From an uncultured Acidobacteriota bacterium (lineage in GTDB: Bacteria; Acidobacteriota; Vicinamibacteria; Vicinamibacterales; CAVVIG01): DNA of 64,000 nt. Both the position numbers and the translations under genes were made by a program. Positions 18,938 to 27,236 of the stretch are shown one piece after another. Position 1 is the stretch's first letter. The number at the start of each line of letters is the position of its first letter. The stretch is taken from contig CAVQJU010000014.1 of assembly GCA_963712905.1 (NCBI GenBank), positions 49,261 through 113,260 on the forward strand, read 5' to 3'. The notes beneath the pieces are model-generated. The model made no database searches and was not told the DNA's origin. It saw only the letters and a list, made by a program, of their open reading frames with translations.

Positions 18938-19004
18938 GCCACGAAGGCACGAAGGCACGAAGTTCTTGCAGGAAAAGATCTTCGTGTTTTCGTGTCTTCG
19001 TGGC
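18938..19004. repeat. CACGAAG-heptad inverted repeat (hairpin, 17-nt loop)
   Basis: gccacgaaggcacgaaggcacgaag, then ttcttgcaggaaaagat, then cttcgtgttttcgtgtcttcgtggc. Lies between carB and comEC, and the track start of comEC falls inside the right arm. Confidence 0.85.
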
Positions 19005-21505
19005 AAAGAGTGGCGACGAAACTTGCACATGTCGCTGGTGTGCGTGTTGTCGCAGCCATTCCCGCTATTGGTCTCATCGCCGGATCGGCTGCCGGTCTGG
19101 CGATTGCCGTTCCTCGTGGGCTCGCCTATGTCGTGATGGCCGCTGCCGTGGCCGGTGCGGTTCTCGCGCTCCGGTGGCAGCGGATTGCCTGGCTCGCCGG
19201 CTGCGTCGTGGCGGGCTTCGCGGCCGGAGGCGCGCTTCTGTCTTCCGACGCGTGGCAGCGCGCCCGGCAGTCGTCGCTGCGGATTGCGTTCGACGAGCTC
19301 GCCCGCGCGCGCAGGACTGAGGCCGTCGCGGCTGGCCGCGGTGTTCCGGAGGACCCCTCGGCGTTCGCGTTCGTCGAAGGCGCGCTGCGGAGCGACGCCT
19401 CGGCCGGCGCTGCCGGCGTGTCGCTAAACCTGGACGTCGATCGCGTTAGTGGCCCCGGCGGCCCAGGCGTCGACCGCGCCGTCGCCGGGGGCGTCCGCAC
19501 CACAGTGGCCGGCACGTTCGCGCCCGCCTTGATGGGGCAGTGGCGCGCCGGCCGGAGGGTGCGGCTGCCGGTGGATCTGCATCGCGCCGCGCGCTATCTC
19601 GACGAGGGTGTGCCCGACGCCGAGCGGGCTCTGCAGATGCGAGGCACATCGCTCCTCGGGACCACGAAAAGCGGAGCCCTGGTGGAGGTGGTGGCGCACG
19701 CCGGCTGGCTCGACGAGCGGATGGCGGACGCCCGCGCGCTCTCGCGGCGCGCGATCGGCGACGCCGTCGGCCGGTGGAGCGCCCGTTCCTCGGCGATCGT
19801 CACGGCCATCGTGATCGGCGACCGTGCCGGCCTGGACGACGATGTGGAGCGGCGGCTGCAGGAGGCCGGGACGTATCACGTCATCGCGATTTCGGGCGGC
19901 AATATCGCGATCCTCGCCGGCCTGATGATCGCCGGGTTCCGGCTGGCCGGTCTGCTCGGACGAACCGCGATGCTGGCGTCGATCGTCCTGCTGCTGGCCT
20001 ATGGGCGCCTGGTCGGTGGTGGCGCATCGGTCGATCGCGCGACGCTCATGGCGGTTGTCTACCTCGCCGCCCGTGCCGCTGACCAGCGCAGCCCGCCGCT
20101 GAACGCGCTCGCGTGCGTCGTCGTGTGCCTGCTGGCAGCGGAACCGTTGTCGGTCGCCGACCCGGCGTTCGTCCTGACGTTCGGCGCGACCCTCGCGATC
20201 CTCGCCGCCGGGCCGTTGCTGGCGTCGCGCCGTCGTCCACGATTCCTCGCGCCCGTGTTGGCGCTGTTCGCTGCCTCCGCCGCCACCGAAGCGCTGTTGA
20301 TGCCCGTCGGCGCGATCCTCTTTTCGCGGGTCACTTTCGCCGGCCTCGCCCTGAACTTCCTGGCGATTCCGCTGATGGCCGTCACCCAGGTCGCCGGCAT
20401 GGCCCTCGTACCCGCGGCGTTCGTCGCGCGCTGGCTGTCGCTGGCGTGCGGCCTGGTCGCGCATGCGGGCGCCACCGGCCTCGTCTGGTCGGCCGATCTC
20501 GTCCGGTTTGCGCCCTTCGCGACGTTCAGGGTTGCCGCGCCGGGCTGGCCGTGCGTCGCGATCTACTACGGGGCGCTCGTTGTCGCCTGGTTCCGCCCGC
20601 GCTCGCTTGTGCCGCTGACCGCTGCCGCCGGCGCGGCTATCTGGATGGTCGCCCAGCCCTGGACGCTGGCGGCCTCCGCGGGCGATGGCCGGCTTCACAT
20701 GACGTTTCTCGACGTGGGCCAGGGCGACTCGGCGTTCCTCAAGTTCCCAAATGGCGCCACGCTGCTTGTCGATACCGGCGGCCTCGTTTCGAGCGGTTCA
20801 GGTTTCGACATCGGCGACCGCGTCGTTGCGCCGCCGCTCCGGATTGCCGGTGTCCGCCGCCTCGACTCCCTCGTCCTCACGCACGGCGACCCCGATCACA
20901 TCGGTGGGGCAGGCGCGATCCTGCGTGAGTTCAGGCCACGCGAGGTGTGGGAGGGCATTCCCGTCCCGCGCTCCGAGCCGCTCATGGCGCTGCGCGCCAC
21001 CGCCGGGGAACTCGGACTGCGGTGGACAAACGTGAGGACTGGCGACCACGCGAACATCGATGGGGTCGATGTCGTCGTCAAACACCCCGACCCCGCCGAC
21101 TGGGAGCGGCAACGCGTACGTAACGACGACTCCATCGTCGTGGATGTGCGGTGGCGGGACGTCTCGATTGTGTTGACCGGCGATATCGGGAAGGCCGTCG
21201 AACGGACCATATCAGGGCGACTGCGGCCTTCACCGCTGCGCGTCGTGAAGATCCCGCATCACGGCAGCCTGACTTCGAGCACCACGGAGTTCATCCGCGC
21301 GCTCCGGCCGCAAGTCGCCGTCGTCAGCGTCGGCCGGGCCAACCGTTTCGGACATCCCGTGCCGGAGGTGCTCGACCGGTACCACGAAGCCGGTGCAGAC
21401 ATCTTCCGCACCGACCGCGACGGTGCCGTCACTGTCGATACTGACGGCTACTCCCTCGACGTCCACACCTTCACGGGCCGACCGTCTGAGGCTATCCCGC
21501 CCTAA
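18992..21505 (+). CDS. comEC: DNA internalization-related competence protein ComEC/Rec2 with C-terminal metallo-beta-lactamase domain
   Basis: Polytopic competence domain (GTYHVIAISGGNIAILAG) and MBL domain (LHMTFLDVGQGDSAFLKFPNGATLLVDTG, LTHGDPDHIGG). Start is uncertain; GTG 19010 and others are possible. Confidence 0.85.
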   Translation: MSSWQRVATKLAHVAGVRVVAAIPAIGLIAGSAAGLAIAVPRGLAYVVMAAAVAGAVLALRWQRIAWLAGCVVAGFAAGGALLSSDAWQRARQSSLRIAFDELARARRTEAVAAGRGVPEDPSAFAFVEGALRSDASAGAAGVSLNLDVDRVSGPGGPGVDRAVAGGVRTTVAGTFAPALMGQWRAGRRVRLPVDLHRAARYLDEGVPDAERALQMRGTSLLGTTKSGALVEVVAHAGWLDERMADARALSRRAIGDAVGRWSARSSAIVTAIVIGDRAGLDDDVERRLQEAGTYHVIAISGGNIAILAGLMIAGFRLAGLLGRTAMLASIVLLLAYGRLVGGGASVDRATLMAVVYLAARAADQRSPPLNALACVVVCLLAAEPLSVADPAFVLTFGATLAILAAGPLLASRRRPRFLAPVLALFAASAATEALLMPVGAILFSRVTFAGLALNFLAIPLMAVTQVAGMALVPAAFVARWLSLACGLVAHAGATGLVWSADLVRFAPFATFRVAAPGWPCVAIYYGALVVAWFRPRSLVPLTAAAGAAIWMVAQPWTLAASAGDGRLHMTFLDVGQGDSAFLKFPNGATLLVDTGGLVSSGSGFDIGDRVVAPPLRIAGVRRLDSLVLTHGDPDHIGGAGAILREFRPREVWEGIPVPRSEPLMALRATAGELGLRWTNVRTGDHANIDGVDVVVKHPDPADWERQRVRNDDSIVVDVRWRDVSIVLTGDIGKAVERTISGRLRPSPLRVVKIPHHGSLTSSTTEFIRALRPQVAVVSVGRANRFGHPVPEVLDRYHEAGADIFRTDRDGAVTVDTDGYSLDVHTFTGRPSEAIPP

Positions 21506-21508
21506 TAG

Positions 21509-21539
21509 CCACGAAGATCACGAAGACACGAAGAAGAGG
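21509..21539 (+). repeat. CACGAAG-heptad repeat, left arm flanking the GxxExxY pseudogene
   Basis: ccacgaagatcacgaagacacgaagaagagg, directly after the comEC stop. It is the near reverse complement of 21955..21982. Confidence 0.85.
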
Positions 21540-21589
21540 ATTCATGTTGAGAGTGGAAAGCACGCTGCCGTGGCGAAATCGAAGCCACG

Positions 21590-21944
21590 ATGCGGAAGAC
21601 CATAGGCTGCTGCATCAACGTGCATCGTGAACTCGGTCCGGGCCTGCTCGAGAGCACGTTTGCGACGAGCGGTGTGTCTCGAGCTTGATGCGGCCGGAGT
21701 ATCATTCGAAGTCGAAAAGCATGATCCCGGTGACCTATCGCGGCGATATCTCTTGTGTCATCACCGGCTCGATCTCGTGGTAGCAGGTCAGGTCGTTGTG
21801 GAGATTAAGGCCGTCGATCGATTAGCCCCCGTGCACCACGCGCAGTTGCTGAACTATCTGCGTGTCTCAGGGCTTCGGGCCGGCCTTCTTATCAACTTCA
21901 ACGTGCCGGTGCTTCGGGACGGCATCAGGCGCATTGTGCTCTGA
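21590..21944 (+). pseudogene. GxxExxY-family (PD-(D/E)XK nuclease-like) gene disrupted by about three frameshifts
   Basis: Family-typical text is spread over three frames. These are MRKTIGCCINVHRELGPGLLESTF (frame of 21590), RAVCLELDAAGVSFEVEK and LDLVVAGQVVVEIKAV...LLNYLRVSGLRAGLLINFNVPVLRDGIRRIVL (frame of 21627), and MIPVTYRGDI (third frame). Confidence 0.7.
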
Positions 21945-21954
21945 TTGTGGAGCG

Positions 21955-21982
21955 TTTCTTCGTGTCTTCGTGCCTTCGTGGC
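21955..21982 (-). repeat. CACGAAG-heptad repeat, right arm flanking the GxxExxY pseudogene
   Basis: tttcttcgtgtcttcgtgccttcgtggc is the reverse complement of gccacgaaggcacgaagacacgaagaaa. It pairs with the left arm across a roughly 415-bp cargo. Confidence 0.85.
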
Positions 21983-21994
21983 GACCAAGCCCGG

Positions 21995-22798
21995 CTATCC
22001 AGCTCGTTGCGCGGACTTAGCCTGTTGCCACTCCTGTTCCAGTTCCTCCAGGCTCATGGCGCCCATGGTCCGGCCGGCTTGCGCGACGGACTGTTCCATT
22101 GTCTCGAAGCGCTTCGTGAACTTGTCGTTCGCCTTGCGCAACGCGGTTTCGGGCTCGATCCCGAGTTGCCTCGACAGGTTCGCGATGGAAAAGAGCAGGT
22201 CGCCCATCTCCTCCTCGGCGCGCGCGTGGTCGGTCGGCGCGCTCCCGGCGACCACTTCCCGCAGTTCGCCGACCTCTTCTTGGATCTTGTCGACGACGTC
22301 GGTGGGCCGGGACCAGTCGAACCCGACCGACCGGGCACGCAGGCCGATCTGGTAGGCCCGGAGCAGGGCAGGGAGGGCCGCCGGGACGCCTCCAAGGAGA
22401 GTCTTCGGTTTCGCCGAGGCGCCGCGCTCCTGGGCCTTGATTTGCTCCCAGCGCGTCAGGACTTCGGCGGAGCCGATCGCCACGTCACCCTCACGGCGGT
22501 CGAACACATGCGGATGCCGCCGAACCAGCTTGTCGGCGACGCCGGTGAGTGCGTCGGCGACGGTGAAATGTCCCGCTTCGGCCTCGAGTTGCGCCACGAA
22601 CACGGCTTCGAAGAGAAAATCCCCGAGCTCCTCGCAGAGCGAGGCGTGGTCGTGGCGGTCGATGGCCTCGAGCACCTCGTAGGTCTCCTCGAGCACGTAG
22701 GGCTTCAGCGTGTCGATGGTCTGCTCGCGGTCCCACGGGCAGCCGCCCGGTGCCCGAAGTGTGGCGACGATGTCAACAAGGCGCGCGAACTCCTGCAT
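21995..22798 (-). CDS. mazG: nucleoside triphosphate pyrophosphohydrolase MazG
   Basis: LRAPGGCPWDREQT, LEETYEVLEAID and a second EExGDLLF repeat. Confidence 0.9.
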   Translation of the reverse strand: MQEFARLVDIVATLRAPGGCPWDREQTIDTLKPYVLEETYEVLEAIDRHDHASLCEELGDFLFEAVFVAQLEAEAGHFTVADALTGVADKLVRRHPHVFDRREGDVAIGSAEVLTRWEQIKAQERGASAKPKTLLGGVPAALPALLRAYQIGLRARSVGFDWSRPTDVVDKIQEEVGELREVVAGSAPTDHARAEEEMGDLLFSIANLSRQLGIEPETALRKANDKFTKRFETMEQSVAQAGRTMGAMSLEELEQEWQQAKSAQRAG

Positions 22799-22838
22799 TT
22801 GCTAAAATTATCAGATTACGCCGTCACTCGATTACCCA

Positions 22839-23111
22839 ATGCCTGAACTCTCCTTTCCCGCCTTCATCGTGTCGCTGGCCACCACGGCGGCGATCCATCT
22901 CGGAGACTTGGCCGATCCCGCGACCGGCGAGAAGCTCGAGCCGAACCTCGAGGGCGCCGCGCAGATGATCGCCATCCTCGCGCTGCTCGAAGAGAAGACG
23001 CGCGGCAACCTGACGGCGGAAGAACGTCAGATGCTGGAGCAGATCCTCTACGAGCTTCGGGTCCGCTTCCTCCAGGCCAGCGGCGAGACATCGCGCATCA
23101 TCCAGCCGTGA
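22839..23111 (+). CDS. DUF1844 domain protein
   Basis: 90 aa; FIVSLATTAAIHLGDLADP...NLEGAAQMIAILALLEEKTRGNLT pattern as recalled for DUF1844. Confidence 0.65.
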   Translation: MPELSFPAFIVSLATTAAIHLGDLADPATGEKLEPNLEGAAQMIAILALLEEKTRGNLTAEERQMLEQILYELRVRFLQASGETSRIIQP

Positions 23112-23959
23112 GCGGCCTGCCCGCGCCGCGTCCGTTCCGCGTGACGATGCTGGGGACGGGTACGTCGAGCGGGGTCCCGGCCATCGGCTGCGAGTGCGCG
23201 GTCTGTCGATCGACCGATCCGCGCGACCGCCGGACCCGGCCGTCGATCCTGCTGGATTTTGGTGACAGGGGTGACGTGGGTGACCGGGGCAACGGGGCAG
23301 TCGGCGCCGTTGCCGGATCGGTCCGGCACGTGCTCGTCGACACGTCCACCGATTTGCGCGCGCAGGCGCTCGCGAACGACGTCCGCCGCGTGGACGCGAT
23401 CCTCTTCACGCACGCCCACGCGGACCACGTCTTCGGGATCGACGAAGTGCGGCGGTTCAATCACATGCAGCGGTCGCCGATCCCGATCATGGCGTCGCCG
23501 GACGTCCTCGCGGACATCCGTCAGATGTTCGCGTACATCTTCAACCCGCCGCCGGCCCACGGCGGTGGCGTGCCCAAGCTGGTGCCGTTTGCGATCGGCG
23601 GTCCGTTCTCGCTCGGCGGCTTCGAGGTCGTGCCCGTGCCGGTGATGCACGGCCCGCTCCCGGTCCTCGGGTTCCGCATCGGTACGTTCGCGTACCTCAC
23701 CGACTGCAACGAGATCCCGGAGGACTCGTGGGCCCTTCTCGGCGGCGTGCGCACGCTCGTGCTCGACGCGCTCCGCGAGCGTACGCATAGCACACACTTC
23801 AGCGTCGATCAGGCTCTCGCCGTCGTCGCCCGGTTGAAGCCCGAACGCGCGTACTTCACGCACATCGCCCACGACCTCGCGCACGACGCCACCTGCGCGC
23901 GCCTGCCCGCGGGTGTGGAGTTGGCTTATGATGGCCAGGTGCTGGAGATTCGCGGCTAA
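23108..23959 (+). CDS. MBL-fold metallo-hydrolase (PhnP-like)
   Basis: LGTGTSSGVPAIGCECAVC, FTHAHADHVFGIDE (HxHxDH) and 4-nt overlap with the upstream gene. Carries an in-frame repeat insertion. Confidence 0.8.
   Translation: MSGLPAPRPFRVTMLGTGTSSGVPAIGCECAVCRSTDPRDRRTRPSILLDFGDRGDVGDRGNGAVGAVAGSVRHVLVDTSTDLRAQALANDVRRVDAILFTHAHADHVFGIDEVRRFNHMQRSPIPIMASPDVLADIRQMFAYIFNPPPAHGGGVPKLVPFAIGGPFSLGGFEVVPVPVMHGPLPVLGFRIGTFAYLTDCNEIPEDSWALLGGVRTLVLDALRERTHSTHFSVDQALAVVARLKPERAYFTHIAHDLAHDATCARLPAGVELAYDGQVLEIRG
23261..23314 (+). repeat. in-frame 9-nt tandem array plus hairpin inside the MBL hydrolase CDS
   Basis: ggtgacagg ggtgacgtg ggtgaccgg ggcaacggg gcagtcggc gccgttgcc, encoding GDR GDV GDR GNG AVG AVA. 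ggcaacgg/ccgttgcc form an 8-bp inverted repeat. Confidence 0.8.
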
Positions 23960-23961
23960 TC

Positions 23962-24900
23962 GTGGACATCATCCATTTTCCCGACGATGCGCGTCCGGCG
24001 CACTGGAAGCAGCCGGTGCTGGCGCTCGGCAACTTCGACGGCCTGCACCGCGGTCATCGCAAGATTCTCGATCGGCTGCAGCGGGTCGCCCAGGAGCGCC
24101 GGGCCACTGCCGTCGTCATGACGTTCGATCCGCATCCGCCGCGGGTCGTGAGGCCAGACAAGGCGCCGCCGCTGCTGATGACGAAGGCGCAGAAGCTCGA
24201 AGGGCTGGCGCAGGCGGGGGTGGACGGCGCGGCCATCGTCCGGTTCACGCACGAGTTGTCGCGGTGGGAGCCTGAGACGTTCGTGCGGACGGTGCTCGTC
24301 GAGTGGATGCGCGTGTCGGAGGTCTGGGTCGGGGCGAACTTCCTCTTCGGGCACGATCGGTCCGGGAACTTCTCGCTGCTGCGGACGCTCGGCGGGCGGT
24401 ATGGGTTCAAGGCCGAGAAGATCGACCCCGTGCGCTACAAGGATTTCGTGGTGAGCAGCACGCGGGTGCGGCGCCTGGTCAGCGAGGCCCGCGTGGACGA
24501 GGCGGCAGCCCTGCTGGGCCACGCGTACGTGATTGACGGCGTAGTCGTCCGCGGCGAGGAGCGCGGCCGGACCATCGGATTTCCGACCGCGAACCTGTGC
24601 ACGGAGAACGAGCTCGTCCCGCCGCACGGCGTCTACGCGACGAGCGCCATCCTCGACGGCATCGTCATGCCGTCGGTCACGAACATCGGGACGCGGCCGA
24701 CCGTCGACGCGTCCGGCCGGACGTCGATCGAGACGCATATTTTCGACCTCGATCGGAATCTCTACGGGGCCACGCTGCGCCTCGCCTTCGTTCAGCGGCT
24801 CCGCGACGAGCGGGCGTTCGAGTCGCTGGCCCTGCTGAAATCCCAGATCGCCGCCGACTGCGCGCGTGCCCGCGTGCTGTTCGATCGTCTTTCACTGTAG
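23962..24900 (+). CDS. ribF: bifunctional riboflavin kinase / FMN adenylyltransferase
   Basis: LALGNFDGLHRGHRKIL, GFPTANL and IETHIFDLDRNLYG motifs. Confidence 0.9.
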   Translation: MDIIHFPDDARPAHWKQPVLALGNFDGLHRGHRKILDRLQRVAQERRATAVVMTFDPHPPRVVRPDKAPPLLMTKAQKLEGLAQAGVDGAAIVRFTHELSRWEPETFVRTVLVEWMRVSEVWVGANFLFGHDRSGNFSLLRTLGGRYGFKAEKIDPVRYKDFVVSSTRVRRLVSEARVDEAAALLGHAYVIDGVVVRGEERGRTIGFPTANLCTENELVPPHGVYATSAILDGIVMPSVTNIGTRPTVDASGRTSIETHIFDLDRNLYGATLRLAFVQRLRDERAFESLALLKSQIAADCARARVLFDRLSL

Positions 24901-24911
24901 AATCGCCCTTC

Positions 24912-25187
24912 GTGGCCGCCGCCGACGACTTTGCCTTCGCGCTGACGCTCCCGGGCCACGCGCACGATACGGAGATGCTCGCGGATCTGCTGCGAACCGT
25001 GCTCGCCCACGCGGGCTATTCCGGCGACACGCTGGAGCGGCTCGTCAGGCAGGTCAGCGTCCGGGCCGTCGCGTCGCCGGCGCAGCCCTGCAGCGTGCAG
25101 TTCGAGGCGCGCGGGGGCGAACTGCAGATCGTCGTGTCGCAGGCCGGGCGCGACTGGCGCACCACGTGCCCGGTGCTGGCACACTAG
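24912..25187 (+). CDS. hypothetical small protein
   Basis: In-frame GTG 24912 within track ORF 24597..25187; the upstream part overlaps ribF. No recognisable family. Confidence 0.3.
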   Translation: MAAADDFAFALTLPGHAHDTEMLADLLRTVLAHAGYSGDTLERLVRQVSVRAVASPAQPCSVQFEARGGELQIVVSQAGRDWRTTCPVLAH

Positions 25188-25232
25188 CGTTGGCGTTGTG
25201 ACATATCAAAGGACCGCCTGACCGCTCCGACC

Positions 25233-26646
25233 ATGCGTCTCTACAACACCCTCACCCGCAGCGAAGAGCCGTTCACCCCCGGGCCGGGGAACACCGTCCG
25301 CATGTACACCTGCGGCCTGACGGTGTATGCGCGCGGGCACATCGGCAATTTCCGGACGTTCGTGTGCCTCGACGTGCTGCGCCGCAGCCTGAAATATCTG
25401 CTCGGCTACGAGCGTGAAGCAGGTGATGAACTTCACTGACGTCGACGACCGCACGATTGCCGGCGCGCAGAAAGCCGGCATGGACCTGCGCAGCTACACC
25501 GACCAGTTCATCGCGGCCTTCATCGAGGACTCACGCGCGCTCGGGCAGGAGGACGTCGAGGAGATGCCGCGTGCGACGGACGAAGCGAATCTCAAGGCGA
25601 TGGCCGATCTCATCGCCGCGCTCGGGAAGAACGGTCACACATACGTCAGCGACGGGTCGATCTACTTCAAGATCTCGACGCTGCCCGGCTACGGCAAGCT
25701 GGCGCACCTCGATCACGAGGGGATGAAGCCCGGCGCGCGGATCGACTCGGACAACTACGCGAAAGACGACGCCCGCGACTTCGTGCTGTGGAAGGCGACC
25801 AAGCCCGACGAACCGACCTGGAATGTCGTCGATCCGCCCGGCCGTCCGGGCTGGCACCTCGAGTGCTCGGCTATGGCGCTGCGCCTGCTCGGCGAATCGC
25901 CGATCGACATCCATGGGGGCGGCATCGACCTGATTTTTCCCCATCACGAGAACGAAATCGCGCAGAGCGAGGGCGCGACCGGCAAGCTGTTCTCGCGGTT
26001 CTGGGTCCACGTCGAGTATCTGCTCGTGGACGAGCAGAAGATGTCGAAGTCGCTCGGCAACACGTACACGATCCCCGACATCGTCGCGCGCGGGTTCCGT
26101 CCGTCGGCGGTGCGCTACCTGCTGCTGTCGGCGTACTACCGCAAGCAGCTGAACTTCACGTGGGAGAGCCTCGCGCAGGCCGAGGAGGCGCTGCGCCGTT
26201 TGGCGGACTTCCTGGCGCGCGTCGATCGTGTGACCGCGCCTGGAGCACACCCCGAGATCGCGGTTCGCGTCGAGGAGGCTTCGAAGGCGTTCGACGAGGC
26301 GATGCGGAGCGATCTGAACACGGCCGCAGCGCTCGGCGCGATGTTCGAGTTGGTCCGCGCGCTCAACTCCGCGATAGACGCCGGCGAAATGGGAACCGGG
26401 GATCTGCCGGTCGTCCGCGAGGCGTTCGAGCGGTTCGATCGGGTTCTGGGCGTGCTCAGCCTGCGCCGGGCCGAGGAGAAGCAGCCGCCGCTCCCGGTCG
26501 CTGAGATCGAGCAACTGATCGAAGATCGCCACGCGGCCCGTCGCCGCCGCGACTTTGCCGCGGCGGACCGGGTTCGCGAGGATCTCGCCGCGCGGGGCGT
26601 GCTCCTCGAAGACGGTCCCGGCGGCACGCGCTGGAAGCGGAAGTAG
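25233..26646 (+). pseudogene. cysS: cysteine--tRNA ligase interrupted by a 1-nt frameshift near 25413 (or an assembly indel)
   Basis: ORF 25233..25439 carries the HIGH-type motif (RGHIGNFRTF). ORF 25414..26646 continues as [15 protein letters not shown] and carries KMSKSLGN. Removing c25413 (gag c gtg) restores one frame. Confidence 0.85.
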
Positions 26647-26690
26647 TCAGGTCGGGTGGGTCGGGCAGGTCTGGTGGGTCGGGTAGGCAG
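26647..26690. repeat. 9-nt tandem array ((A/G)GGTCGGGT type)
   Basis: aggtcgggt gggtcgggc aggtctggt gggtcgggt right after the cysS stop. Same unit as 8076..8225. Confidence 0.8.
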
Positions 26691-26697
26691 AAGTAGT

Positions 26698-26787
26698 GCA
26701 GGCCTTCAGGCCTGCCAAGATCGGCCAGGCGGGGCAGGCAAGGCGCGCAGGGGGAAGGGTGAGTAGGGCGGGCCTTTCAGGCCCGCC
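26698..26787. repeat. two REP-like GC hairpins (GCAGGCC-TTCA-GGCCTGC and GGCGGGCC-TTTCA-GGCCCGCC)
   Basis: gtagtgcaggccttcaggcctgcc and gtagggcgggcctttcaggcccgcc, both with a GTAG 5' head. Confidence 0.75.
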
Positions 26788-26817
26788 ACGGTCGCCGATT
26801 TGCATCCGCGCTGTCGC

Positions 26818-27180
26818 ATGACCGAAGCGCGGATGGCGTTGGGGAAAAGCGGCGAAGATCTCGCGTGCCGCGAGCTCGAGCGCCGCGGGTACGCAATTGT
26901 TGCCCGCCGCTTTCGTGTCCGCAGTGGAGAATTGGACATCGTCGCGCGCGACGGAGCGGTGCTGGTGTTCGTGGAAGTGAAAACGCGCTCGGGCCGGCAG
27001 TTCGGCGCGGGGGCCGAAGCCGTGACGTTCACGAAACAGCGGCGGATCGCTCAGCTGGCCAGCGAATATCTGCTGCGGCACAGAATGTCAGACTGTCCGT
27101 GCCGTTTCGACGTCGTGTCCGTCACCGTTGGCGCCGGCGCGCCCGACGTCGAGATAATCCGGAACGCCTTCGACGCCTGA
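26818..27180 (+). CDS. yraN: YraN-family endonuclease (UPF0102)
   Basis: GKSGEDLACRELERRGYAIVARRFR...GELDIVARDGAVLVFVEVKTR. ATG 26818 is preferred over track start 26800. Confidence 0.8.
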   Translation: MTEARMALGKSGEDLACRELERRGYAIVARRFRVRSGELDIVARDGAVLVFVEVKTRSGRQFGAGAEAVTFTKQRRIAQLASEYLLRHRMSDCPCRFDVVSVTVGAGAPDVEIIRNAFDA

Positions 27181-27184
27181 ACCG

Positions 27185-27226
27185 TGAACCGTGAACCTTG
27201 AACCCTGAACCTTGAACCTTGAACCC
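27185..27226. repeat. heptamer tandem array (TGAACCN, 6 units)
   Basis: tgaaccg tgaacct tgaaccc tgaacct tgaacct tgaaccc between yraN and the galT-like gene. Confidence 0.85.
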
Positions 27227-27236
27227 TGATTCCTTG

